From NCBI GenBank assembly GCA_035630595.1, contig DASQKJ010000057.1, positions 24,820 to 88,819 of the forward strand: a DNA stretch of 64,000 nucleotides, written 5' to 3'. Under the pieces are notes generated by a model that worked only from the letters and a program-made list of their open reading frames with translations, was not told the DNA's origin and searched no databases. A program made the position numbers and the translations under genes. Each line of letters begins with the position of its first letter. Positions within the stretch are counted from its first letter, which is position 1. The DNA comes from Methyloceanibacter sp. (GTDB lineage Bacteria > Pseudomonadota > Alphaproteobacteria > Rhizobiales > Methyloligellaceae). This document shows, piece by piece, positions 8,091 through 17,942 of this stretch.

Positions 8091-9908
8091 CTAGGCGCCT
8101 TGGACTTCCTCGCGCAACAATTCGAGCCGAAACCATTCCTCCTCCGCCGCGGCGAGTTCGGTCTGGACTTTCGCGAGCCTCTCTCCTGCCGCGGCAAAGC
8201 CCTCACGATCCCGGGTATAGAAGGTCGCGTCGGCGAGCAGGCCCTCCAGCCGGCGGATCTCGTCGTGAAGCGCATCGATGCGAGCGGGCGCGGTCTTCAA
8301 GACGTGTTGCTCGGTGGGACTGAGGCGCCGGCGTGGCTCCGAGGGGGCGCGGGCCGGCGCAGGCCGCTTGGCTTTCGGCGCCGGCGGCGCGACACGCGCG
8401 GGCGCGCTCGACCCCGCCGCGCGTTGTGCCACCATGTCGGAGTAGCCGCCCGCATATTCGATCCACTTGCCATCGCCTACGAAGGCGATCACCGAGGTGA
8501 CCGTGCGATCGAGGAAGTCGCGATCGTGACTAACTAGGATGAGCGTGCCGGGATAGGCCGCGAGCATTTCCTGCAACAGGTCGAGCGTCTCCAGGTCGAG
8601 GTCGTTGGTCGGCTCGTCCAGCACCATGAGATTGGATGGCTGCGCCAGGGCTTTCGCCAAGAGCAGCCGGCCCCTCTCGCCACCCGATAGCGCCTTGACC
8701 GGGGTACGCGCCTGCTCGGGCTTGAACAAGAAGTCCTTCATGTAGCCGATGACGTGGCGCGGTTCCCCGTCGATGATGATCTGATCGCCGCTGCCGCCGG
8801 TCAGGATCGTGGCAACCGACGCGTCTGGATCGAGGCTCTCGCGCTTCTGGTCGAGCATGGCGATTTCCAGATTGGTGCCGAACTGCACACTGCCGGCATC
8901 GGGAAGGAGCATGCCCGTGAGCAGGTTGACGAGCGTGGTCTTGCCGGCGCCGTTCGGTCCGACGATGCCGATGCGGTCGCCGCGGGCGATCTTGATGCTG
9001 AAGTCGCGCACCAGGGCGAGCTCACCGTAGCTCTTGGCGATGCGCCTTGCCTCGATCACCTTCCTGCCGGTCTCTCGCGCCTCCTGGACCGTGAGCTTTA
9101 CGTCTCCAGGCGCGCGGTTGGCGAGAGTTTTCCGGCGCTCGCCGCGAAGCGCGATTAGGCCCTCGAGCCGGCGCTGGTTGCGCTTCCGCCTGGCGCTCAC
9201 ACCGTAGCGGAGCCAATGCTCTTCCTGCACGATGCGCCGGTCGAGCTTATGGCCGGCAACTTCCTCCGCCTCGAGAGTCGCATCGCGCCAAGCTTCGAAG
9301 GAGCCGAAGCCCTTGTCGAGCCGCCGCGTGATGCCGCGATCGAGCCAGACGGTGGCTTGCGAAAGATTTTCCAGAAAGCGACGGTCGTGGCTGATCAGCA
9401 CGATGGCCGAACGCGAGGCCTTGAGCACAGCCTCCAAGCCCTCAATGGCGACCACATCGAGATGGTTGGTAGGCTCGTCGAGGAGGAGAATGTCGGGATC
9501 GGGCGCCAGCAACCGGGCGAGCGCCGCGCGCCTTGTTTCGCAGCCCGAGAGACGCGTCGGGTCCTCCGCGCCGGTGAGGCCCAGGCTCTCCAGCAGATAG
9601 CGCGCGCGGTGCGGATCGTCGCCGGGAGCGAGTCCCCCCTCGACAAAGCCAGCGGTGGTGGCGAAGCCCGACAAATCGGGGTGCTGTGGCAAATAGCGGA
9701 TGGTCACCGAAGGCTGCACGAAACGCGTGCCGGCATCCGGCTCGATCATGCCCGCGGCAAGCTTGAGCAGGGTCGATTTGCCCGAGCCGTTGCGGCCGAC
9801 CAGGCACAGCCGCTCGAACGGACCGATCGACAGCTCGGCGCCGGCAAGCAGCGGTGCGCCGCCAAAGCTAAGCTCGATGTCCTTAAGGAAGAGGAGCGGC
9901 GGCGCCAT
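8091..9908 (-). CDS. uup: ABC-F family ATPase (Uup-like)
   Basis: Two ABC domains (GRNGSGKS, GPNGAGKT, two LDEPTN motifs), no TM segments, C-terminal coiled coil. Confidence 0.9.
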   Translation of the reverse strand: MAPPLLFLKDIELSFGGAPLLAGAELSIGPFERLCLVGRNGSGKSTLLKLAAGMIEPDAGTRFVQPSVTIRYLPQHPDLSGFATTAGFVEGGLAPGDDPHRARYLLESLGLTGAEDPTRLSGCETRRAALARLLAPDPDILLLDEPTNHLDVVAIEGLEAVLKASRSAIVLISHDRRFLENLSQATVWLDRGITRRLDKGFGSFEAWRDATLEAEEVAGHKLDRRIVQEEHWLRYGVSARRKRNQRRLEGLIALRGERRKTLANRAPGDVKLTVQEARETGRKVIEARRIAKSYGELALVRDFSIKIARGDRIGIVGPNGAGKTTLVNLLTGMLLPDAGSVQFGTNLEIAMLDQKRESLDPDASVATILTGGSGDQIIIDGEPRHVIGYMKDFLFKPEQARTPVKALSGGERGRLLLAKALAQPSNLMVLDEPTNDLDLETLDLLQEMLAAYPGTLILVSHDRDFLDRTVTSVIAFVGDGKWIEYAGGYSDMVAQRAAGSSAPARVAPPAPKAKRPAPARAPSEPRRRLSPTEQHVLKTAPARIDALHDEIRRLEGLLADATFYTRDREGFAAAGERLAKVQTELAAAEEEWFRLELLREEVQGA

Positions 9909-9938
9909 GGCTTGGCTGGACTCAGGCGATCGAGGGAT

Positions 9939-10502
9939 TCAACCCGCGTCTGGGCTTGTCTTCTTGTCGGTGCGGCGGCGTTTGGGCGCGGGCGCGGCGT
10001 GGGGCGCCTCCAGATCGCCGTCAGGCAGGGCAACGAAAATGAGCACGCCAAGCACCGCCATATAAAAGCGGAACGCTGCGTCCTGGCCGTTCCAAGTCTG
10101 CGATTGCCACATGGCGAACCATTCGCCCGCCACCACCATGAAGCCGAAGAACCAGACCAGAAAGGCGAGCGTGCAGGCGGCGATCACCAAGGTCTTGCCC
10201 TGGTTGAAGGCCTCTCCGCTCGCGTTGCGCAGCTGAATGAGGCGAACGGCGCCGGCCAGGAACAGGATGCCGGTGATACCCTCTGCGGCGATGATCAGGC
10301 CGTAAGCAATATGCCAGATCGTGGGGTTGACGATCGCACGATACATCAGCGTGTTGCCGGGAAAGGTCGTGTCCATGCTCATCACATGCTGCACGAAGAG
10401 ATAGTTCGTGCCGTAGTCGGTGATGTTGTCGAAGGTGACGAGCAGGCAGAACGACGCCAACACGAGGCTCATGACGATCTTGGCATAGCGTGCGATCAGC
10501 AT
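9939..10502 (-). CDS. DUF2165 family membrane protein
   Basis: NITDYGTNYLFVQHVMSMDT and GEWFAMWQSQTWNGQDAAFRF match my recollection of the DUF2165 signature. Confidence 0.8.
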   Translation of the reverse strand: MLIARYAKIVMSLVLASFCLLVTFDNITDYGTNYLFVQHVMSMDTTFPGNTLMYRAIVNPTIWHIAYGLIIAAEGITGILFLAGAVRLIQLRNASGEAFNQGKTLVIAACTLAFLVWFFGFMVVAGEWFAMWQSQTWNGQDAAFRFYMAVLGVLIFVALPDGDLEAPHAAPAPKRRRTDKKTSPDAG

Positions 10503-10551
10503 GGCAAGGCCCCCCTGCCTCCCGGGATGCGGAACTCTACTCTCAAACGCG

Positions 10552-10650
10552 CTCCGTCATGCCCGGCTTTATGCCGGGCATCCACGCCTTTTGTGCAAAC
10601 GTCCTGGCCTTGAAACGTGGATGGCCGGAACAAGCCCGGCCATGACGGAG
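10552..10650. repeat. CGTC-tagged palindromic (REP-like) dimer element, copy 1
   Basis: CTCCGTCATGCCCGGC..GCCGGGCATCCACG-29nt-CGTGGATGGCCGG..CCGGCCATGACGGAG; related copies at 43016 and 54712. Confidence 0.85.
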
Positions 10651-10674
10651 ACATTCTGAACTGAGGAGCAAGCC

Positions 10675-11694
<1,020 letters not shown>

Positions 11695-11780
11695 TTACTC
11701 GTCCCCTGCCCTGAAAGCTGCTCCTGATGCTCGGCGCGTTTGTGACGCCCGAGGCCGGAAAAAACAAGTGGCGATCGAGC

Positions 11781-12323
11781 TCACATCCGCTCGGGTCCGC
11801 GCGAAATGGCGGCGAGCCCGGTGCGGGAAACCTCGACCAGGCCGAGCGGCTGCATCAGCGCGATGAACTGCTCGATCTTCGACTGCTTGCCGGTGATCTC
11901 GAACACAAAATGCTCGGTCGAGGCGTCGATCACCTGGGCGCGGAAGGCTTCGGCGAGACGGAGCGCCTCGACCCGCTTCTCGCCAAGTCCTGCGACCTTC
12001 ACCATGGCCAGCTCGCGCTCGATCGGGTTGCCCTTGACGGTGAGATCGGTGACGGAATGGACGGGAATCAGCCGCTCCAGCTGATGCTGGATCTGCTCGA
12101 TCACCATGGGCGGCCCCGAGGTGACGATGGTGATGCGCGACAGATGCGCCTCGTGCTCGGTCTCCGACACGGTGAGCGACTCGATATTGTAGCCGCGACC
12201 GGAGAACAGTCCGATCACCCGCGCCAGCACGCCGGGCTCGTTATCGACGAGCACGGTCATGGTGTGGGTCTCGACCTTCTCTTCTCGCTTCTCCAGCGAA
12301 TAGGCCGATCCGGGCTGCGCCAT
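11781..12323 (-). CDS. ilvH: Acetolactate synthase small (regulatory) subunit
   Basis: ACT domain LVDNEPGVLARVIGLFSGRGYNIESL; C-terminal EVSRTG. Confidence 0.95.
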   Translation of the reverse strand: MAQPGSAYSLEKREEKVETHTMTVLVDNEPGVLARVIGLFSGRGYNIESLTVSETEHEAHLSRITIVTSGPPMVIEQIQHQLERLIPVHSVTDLTVKGNPIERELAMVKVAGLGEKRVEALRLAEAFRAQVIDASTEHFVFEITGKQSKIEQFIALMQPLGLVEVSRTGLAAISRGPERM

Positions 12324-12895
12324 CAATCCGTTCCTCCGCGATCGGACTTTTCGGCGGCCGCGTCGTTATCGTTGCCGCCGCCGTGGCCCTTGCCGCCGGC
12401 GAGCTCGATCATGCGCAGCGCCACGGCGATCATCAGGATCGAAGCCGGTAGCACTAGCATCGACCATTCGAACGACTTGCCGGAATCCACGGTGCCGACC
12501 ACGATGCGAGCGAAGATGACGATAAGGACGACGATCACCACCTCGGACAGGATGCCCTTGAGCTGGCTCACGCCCTCGATCTTCATCCAATTGGGTAGCG
12601 TTTCGGTATAGTCGTCAGGCAGGGTGAAGACGAAGCCTATGGCGATGCCGTAGGCGAAGATCACCAGCACGATGCCGAACAGGAAGGCATCGACGGCCTC
12701 GAGCACCGGCACGGTGACCGCCCGCTCCGCCACATCGATGCCGGGCGTCAGCAGCGTGTGCCAGGCCTCATAGAGGTAGAGGCCGCCTTGCAGAAACATC
12801 AGCAGCGAACCGATCATGGCTCCCGCCGAGCCGATCAGCACGATCATCCTGAGGCCGAGCAGGAAGCTCAGCAATGCGCGCGTTCCGTCCGTCAT
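12323..12895 (-). CDS. YqhA/UPF0114 family membrane protein
   Basis: Four TM segments; VDAFLFGIVLVIFAYG and WMKIEGVSQLK motifs; stop overlaps the ilvH start (TGATG). Confidence 0.8.
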   Translation of the reverse strand: MTDGTRALLSFLLGLRMIVLIGSAGAMIGSLLMFLQGGLYLYEAWHTLLTPGIDVAERAVTVPVLEAVDAFLFGIVLVIFAYGIAIGFVFTLPDDYTETLPNWMKIEGVSQLKGILSEVVIVVLIVIFARIVVGTVDSGKSFEWSMLVLPASILMIAVALRMIELAGGKGHGGGNDNDAAAEKSDRGGTD

Positions 12896-13005
12896 TTCTC
12901 CAGATTGCCTTCATTCAGGAAGGGCACCAAAATGCGCGGTTTCCGTTTCGTGAGGTTTTGCAGGAGACCGCGGCGTCGCACAAGCCCGTTGCGCCAGCAG
13001 AAGCC

Positions 13006-14778
13006 TTAGACCATCACCTTGCCTTCTTCGGTGATGGCCTTGCCGATGTCCTCGTCGGTCACGTCTTCGCCCATCAGCATGTGGTTATGCGCCTCACCCG
13101 ACGGGATCATCGGGAAGCAATTGGCGTGCTTATCGACCCGGCAGTCGAAGATCACGGGCTTCTTGACGGCGATCATCTCGCGAATGGCATCGTCGAGCTC
13201 CGACGGCTTCTCCGCCCTGATGCCGACCGCCTGATAGGCTTCCGCCAGCTTGACGAAGTCGGGCAGCGCCGCGGTGTAGGAATGCGAATAGCGTCCGCCA
13301 TGCAGCAGCTCCTGCCACTGCCGCACCATGCCCATATATTCGTTGTTCAAGATGAAGATCTTGATCGGCAGGTCGTATTGAGCGGCGGTCGACATTTCCT
13401 GCATGGTCATCAGCACCGAGGCCTCGCCGGCAATATCGATGACGAGGCTGTCCGGATGCGCGACCTGTACGCCGACCGCCGACGGCAGGCCATAGCCCAT
13501 GGTGCCGAGCCCGCCGCTCGTCATCCAGCGGTTCGGTTCCTCGAATTTGAAGAACTGGGCGGCCCACATCTGATGTTGGCCGACCTCGGTGGTGATGTAG
13601 ACGTCGTGCCCGCGGGTGAGCGCATAGAGCCGCTCTATGGCGTATTGCGGCATGATGACATCGTCGCGCTTGCGGTAGCTGAGGCAGTTCCGCGCCCGCC
13701 AGCGGTCGATCTGGTTCCACCAGGATTTAAGCGCCGGCTTGTCGATCTTCGGCTTCTTCTTCTGCCACGACTCGATCATCCGCTCGAGCACGCGGGCGCA
13801 ATCGCCGACGATGGGGAGATCAACCTTGACGTTCTTGTTGATCGAGGAGCGGTCGATATCGACGTGAATCTTCGTGGAGCCAGGCGAGAAGGCGTCGAGC
13901 CGCCCGGTGATGCGGTCGTCGAAGCGTGCACCGATGCAGATCATCACGTCGCAATCGTGCATCGCGTTGTTGGCTTCGTAGGTACCGTGCATGCCGAGCA
14001 TGCCGAGCCATTGCGAGTCGGACGCCGGATAGGCGCCCAGCCCCATCAAGGTCGAGGTGATGGGGAAGCCGGTCATACGCACCAGCTCGCGCAGGCGTTC
14101 GCTGGCGGCCGGCCCCGAATTGATGATGCCGCCGCCGGTATAGAAGAGCGGCCGCTTGGCGCGTCCCATCAATTCGATGGCTTGCTCGACCGCGCGCGCG
14201 TCGCCTTCGGTCTGCGGATTGTAGCTCTTGTGCTGCGAGTTGGTGAGGCCGGTATACTCGCCCTTCTGGAACTGGATGTCCTTGGGGATGTCGACCACGA
14301 CCGGGCCGGGCCGGCCGGTGCGCGCGACGTAGAACGCCTCATGCAGGACGCGCGACAGGGCGTTCACGTCCTTGACCAGATAATTGTGCTTGGTGCAGGG
14401 CCGGGTGATGCCGACCGTGTCGCATTCCTGGAAAGCGTCGTTGCCGATGAGATGGGTCGGCACCTGTCCGGTGATGCAGACGATCGGGATGGAGTCCATC
14501 AGTGCGTCGGTCAGTCCGGTGACGGCATTGGTGGCGCCGGGGCCGGAGGTGACCAAGACCACGCCGACCTTGCCGGTCGAGCGCGCATAGCCTTCCGCCG
14601 CGTGAACCGCGCCCTGTTCGTGGCGGACGAGGATGTGCTTCAGGCGGTCTTGCTGATGCAGCTCGTCATAGATCGGGAGAACCGCGCCGCCCGGATAGCC
14701 GAAAATATGCTCGACGCCCTGATCGGCGAGAGCCTGGAGCACCATCTGGGCGCCTGTCATTGCGCGCGACATCGTCAT
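13006..14778 (-). CDS. ilvI: Acetolactate synthase large subunit
   Basis: FGYPGGAVLP, RHEQGA, TSGPGATN, SGGLGTMGYGLP and GMVRQWQ motifs. Confidence 0.96.
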   Translation of the reverse strand: MTMSRAMTGAQMVLQALADQGVEHIFGYPGGAVLPIYDELHQQDRLKHILVRHEQGAVHAAEGYARSTGKVGVVLVTSGPGATNAVTGLTDALMDSIPIVCITGQVPTHLIGNDAFQECDTVGITRPCTKHNYLVKDVNALSRVLHEAFYVARTGRPGPVVVDIPKDIQFQKGEYTGLTNSQHKSYNPQTEGDARAVEQAIELMGRAKRPLFYTGGGIINSGPAASERLRELVRMTGFPITSTLMGLGAYPASDSQWLGMLGMHGTYEANNAMHDCDVMICIGARFDDRITGRLDAFSPGSTKIHVDIDRSSINKNVKVDLPIVGDCARVLERMIESWQKKKPKIDKPALKSWWNQIDRWRARNCLSYRKRDDVIMPQYAIERLYALTRGHDVYITTEVGQHQMWAAQFFKFEEPNRWMTSGGLGTMGYGLPSAVGVQVAHPDSLVIDIAGEASVLMTMQEMSTAAQYDLPIKIFILNNEYMGMVRQWQELLHGGRYSHSYTAALPDFVKLAEAYQAVGIRAEKPSELDDAIREMIAVKKPVIFDCRVDKHANCFPMIPSGEAHNHMLMGEDVTDEDIGKAITEEGKVMV

Positions 14779-14787
14779 CTCATTGGC

Positions 14788-14823
14788 AAAACCCGGCCGC
14801 GGCGCAAGGTCCGCGAAGCCGGG
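14788..14823 (-). terminator. Terminator-like hairpin in the ilvI 5' leader
   Basis: Minus strand CCCGGC-TT-CGCGG-loop-CCGCG-GCCGGG followed by TTTT, about 10 nt before the ilvI start. Confidence 0.45.
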
Positions 14824-14865
14824 CCGATCATCGAGGGATAGCGGAAAATCCTAAATAAGGCGCGC

Positions 14866-14894
14866 ACCCTAGGACCTGCAAGATAGGGGGTCAA
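14866..14894 (-). promoter_or_regulatory. Sigma70-type promoter for ilvI
   Basis: Minus strand TTGACC-N17-TAGGGT. Confidence 0.55.
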
Positions 14895-15120
14895 CGGCAA
14901 AGGCGAATGAATGGTAAGTTTTCTGCTTCGTGGATTTCCGAAAATTACTCCATACCGGCCATTATTGCTAGTTTGTTGCTCGTCCGCTTGGGGCTCTCTC
15001 ATTTCGCACTGCAATATCGCCCTGGACAAGGGCTGCCGATGCGCCTAAGTCCCTACGCCTTCAGGGACCGCGGCGCTGCGCACGGCGTTAATTCGCGACA
15101 ACATCCAAGTCATCCCCTAA

Positions 15121-17034
15121 ATGCAGCAGGCCGCCCGCTCAGACCTTACCGCCAACGGCGACACCCCGGCGGTTTCGCCACGCGCGTTCTGGGCGCTCAC
15201 CTTCGGCTCGATTGGCGTCGTCTATGGCGACATCGGCACGAGCCCGCTCTATGCGCTTCGGGTGGCGGTGCTTGCGGCTTCCGGCCCGAGCGGCGTGGTC
15301 GCCCCGGACAGCGTGCTCGGCGTGCTATCGCTGATCTTCTGGTCGCTGATCATCGTTGTCACCCTGAAATACGTGCTGGTGCTACTGCGCGCCGACAATA
15401 ATGGCGAAGGCGGCACCTTGGCGTTGACCGCGCTCGCCTTTCGCGCGCTTGGGAAACGCACGCCGCTGGTGATCGCGCTCGGCATCGTCGGCGCCTCGAT
15501 GTTCTACGGCTCGACCTTGATCACGCCGGCGCTGTCGGTGCTCTCGGCGGTGGAGGGATTGACCGTCGCCACGCAAGCCTTTCAACCTTACGTGTTGCCG
15601 CTGACCGTTATTATCCTGGTGGCCTTGTTCTCCGTGCAGTCGCGCGGCACAGCGCGTATCTCGACCTGGTTCGCGCCCCTCATGCTGGTTTGGTTTGTCG
15701 TTATCGCCGGCGCTGGCGCGATCGAAATCGCCGCCAATCCAAACGTGCTCGCCGCCCTCAACCCGGCCTACGGAATAAGCTTTCTGTTGACCAATGGCCT
15801 TATCGGCATGCTCACGCTCGGCGCCGTGTTCCTGGCGGTGACGGGCTCGGAGGCCCTTTACAACGACCTCGGCCATTTCGGCAGGAAGCCAATTCAAACG
15901 GCGTGGCTCTATCTCGTGCTGCCAGCGCTGGTGCTCAATTATTTCGGCCAAGGCGCCTTGGTCCTCGCCGATCCGAAGACGATCGAAAACCCCTTCTACC
16001 TGCTCTTTCCGGGATGGGCGCTTTACCCGATGGTGGCGTTGGCCACGGCGGCGACCGCGATCGCCAGTCAGGCTGTCATCACCGGCGCCTATTCCATCAC
16101 CCGCCAGGCGATGCAGCTCGGATTTCTGCCGCGCATGGAGGTGCGCCACACTTCGGAGGCGCTAGCCGGGCAGATCTACATGCCGCGCGTGAACTGGCTG
16201 TTGCTGACGGGAACGCTCCTGCTCGTTTTCATGTTCAGGTCGTCGAGCGAGCTGGCCGCGGCCTATGTGCTGGCGGTGGCGACAACCGAATGGACCGCCG
16301 GGATTCTCGGTTTCATCGTGATCTGGCGGCTCTGGAAGTGGCCGCTTTGGGCCGTGGCCGCGTTGATGGTTCCGCTCACCATGATAGATACGACGTTCGT
16401 ACTTGCGAGCACGCTCGAGCTCGCCGAAGGCGCCTGGATGCCCGTGCTGGTCGGCGCGGCGCTGGTGATCATGATGTATACATGGCGGCGCGGCACGCGG
16501 CTGCTCGCGCAAAAGACGCGGCGCGTCGAGGTGCCGTTCGAGCCGCTGGTCGAGAGCCTGGAGAAGAAGCCGCCTCATATCGTGCCCGGTACCGCCGTGT
16601 TCCTCACCAGCGATCCGGATTTCGCGCCGACCGCGCTGCTGCACAATCTCAAGCACAACAAAGTGCTGCACGAGCACAATGTGATCCTCACCATCGTCAA
16701 CGAGGACATTCCGCGCGTCGCGCTGAAGGATCGGGTGGAGCTCGGGCCGATCAGCGACAAGTTCATGCGGCTCGTGCTGCGATTCGGCTTCATGGAGCGG
16801 CCGAACGTGCCAAAGGCGCTGGCGGTCGCCCGCAAACAGGGCTGGCAATTCGACATCATGTCGACGTCGTTCTTCCTGTCGCGGCGGTCGGTCAGGCCCG
16901 ACCCGCGCTCAGGCATGCCGCCCTGGCAGGACCGCCTCTATATCTTCCTCGCCCATAATGCCGACGACGCGTCGAGCTATTTTCAGCTGCCCACTGACCG
17001 GGTGGTGGAAATCGGCACCCAGGTCACGGTGTAA
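15121..17034 (+). CDS. kup: Potassium transporter Kup
   Basis: [35 protein letters not shown] and [13 protein letters not shown] motifs. Confidence 0.96.
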   Translation: MQQAARSDLTANGDTPAVSPRAFWALTFGSIGVVYGDIGTSPLYALRVAVLAASGPSGVVAPDSVLGVLSLIFWSLIIVVTLKYVLVLLRADNNGEGGTLALTALAFRALGKRTPLVIALGIVGASMFYGSTLITPALSVLSAVEGLTVATQAFQPYVLPLTVIILVALFSVQSRGTARISTWFAPLMLVWFVVIAGAGAIEIAANPNVLAALNPAYGISFLLTNGLIGMLTLGAVFLAVTGSEALYNDLGHFGRKPIQTAWLYLVLPALVLNYFGQGALVLADPKTIENPFYLLFPGWALYPMVALATAATAIASQAVITGAYSITRQAMQLGFLPRMEVRHTSEALAGQIYMPRVNWLLLTGTLLLVFMFRSSSELAAAYVLAVATTEWTAGILGFIVIWRLWKWPLWAVAALMVPLTMIDTTFVLASTLELAEGAWMPVLVGAALVIMMYTWRRGTRLLAQKTRRVEVPFEPLVESLEKKPPHIVPGTAVFLTSDPDFAPTALLHNLKHNKVLHEHNVILTIVNEDIPRVALKDRVELGPISDKFMRLVLRFGFMERPNVPKALAVARKQGWQFDIMSTSFFLSRRSVRPDPRSGMPPWQDRLYIFLAHNADDASSYFQLPTDRVVEIGTQVTV

Positions 17035-17941
17035 GCGGCCGCTGCTCGATCGCGACGATGGCCGCGTCAGCATCCGGGAACCACTCCCAGTCCTGCATAA
17101 AGCGCCGCGCCCAAGTCATCTGCCGCTTGGCATAGCGGCGGCTCTCGGTCTTGGCCTTCGTCGTCGCGTCCTCCAAGCTGACGGTCCCGGCAAGATAGGC
17201 GGCGAACTCGCGCACGCCATGCGCACGCATGGCCGGCAGGCCCGGGTCAAGGTGCTGCGCGATCAGCGCGCGCACCTCCGCGACGGCGCCTTGCTCGATC
17301 ATCCGGTCGAAGCGCGCATCGATCTGGGCGTAAAGCGCGTCGCGTTCGGGGGCGATGACCACCGTCAACACATTGCCCGGTTCCAGGAACGGCGCCGTAG
17401 CGCTGCCCTGCCACTTGGCGAGCGAGACGCCGGTGGCGTCGATTACTTCCAGCGCGCGCACGAGACGCTGTGGATCGCTCGGCCTGAGCCGCGCCGCCAT
17501 GGCTGGATCGCGCGCGGTGAGCTCGCGGTGGAGGCCTTCGGCTCCAAGGCGGTCCGCCTGCTCGCGCCACGAGCTGCGCGTTTCCGGAGGGATGTCCGGC
17601 ACGGGGGCTAGCCCTTCGAGCAGCGTCTTGAAATAGAGGCCGGTGCCGCCGGTCAGGATTGGCACCCTCCCCCCGGCGCGCGCCTCGCTCACGGCTTGCG
17701 TTGCATCTTCGAGCCAATGGCCGACAGAGTAGGCCTCTGCTGCCGGGACCGTGCCGTAAAGGCGATGCGGCACCGCTGCCTCGTCTTCCAGCGTCGGGCG
17801 CGCGGTGAGGACGGACAGTTCCCGATAGACTTGCATGGAATCGGCGTTGATCACCGTGCCACCCAGGCGCGACGCGAGCGCGAGCGCGAGCGCAGACTTG
17901 CCGCTCCCGGTCGGCCCAGCAATCAAGATTGCTTTATGCAC
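17024..17941 (-). CDS. miaA: tRNA dimethylallyltransferase
   Basis: [24 protein letters not shown] and [10 protein letters not shown] motifs. Confidence 0.96.
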   Translation of the reverse strand: MHKAILIAGPTGSGKSALALALASRLGGTVINADSMQVYRELSVLTARPTLEDEAAVPHRLYGTVPAAEAYSVGHWLEDATQAVSEARAGGRVPILTGGTGLYFKTLLEGLAPVPDIPPETRSSWREQADRLGAEGLHRELTARDPAMAARLRPSDPQRLVRALEVIDATGVSLAKWQGSATAPFLEPGNVLTVVIAPERDALYAQIDARFDRMIEQGAVAEVRALIAQHLDPGLPAMRAHGVREFAAYLAGTVSLEDATTKAKTESRRYAKRQMTWARRFMQDWEWFPDADAAIVAIEQRPLTP

Positions 17942-17942
17942 G

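Noticed and set aside
12874-14841. Long antisense ORFs (for example 655 aa opposite ilvI, 603 aa opposite uvrD, 675 aa opposite ligA/recN, 705 aa opposite mraY/murF)
   Set aside because: Shadow frames expected from high-GC codon bias; no recognisable motifs; they fully overlap well-supported genes
14895-15120. Riboswitch (for example c-di-AMP type) upstream of kup
   Set aside because: No recognisable aptamer consensus; it looks like an ordinary divergent promoter region
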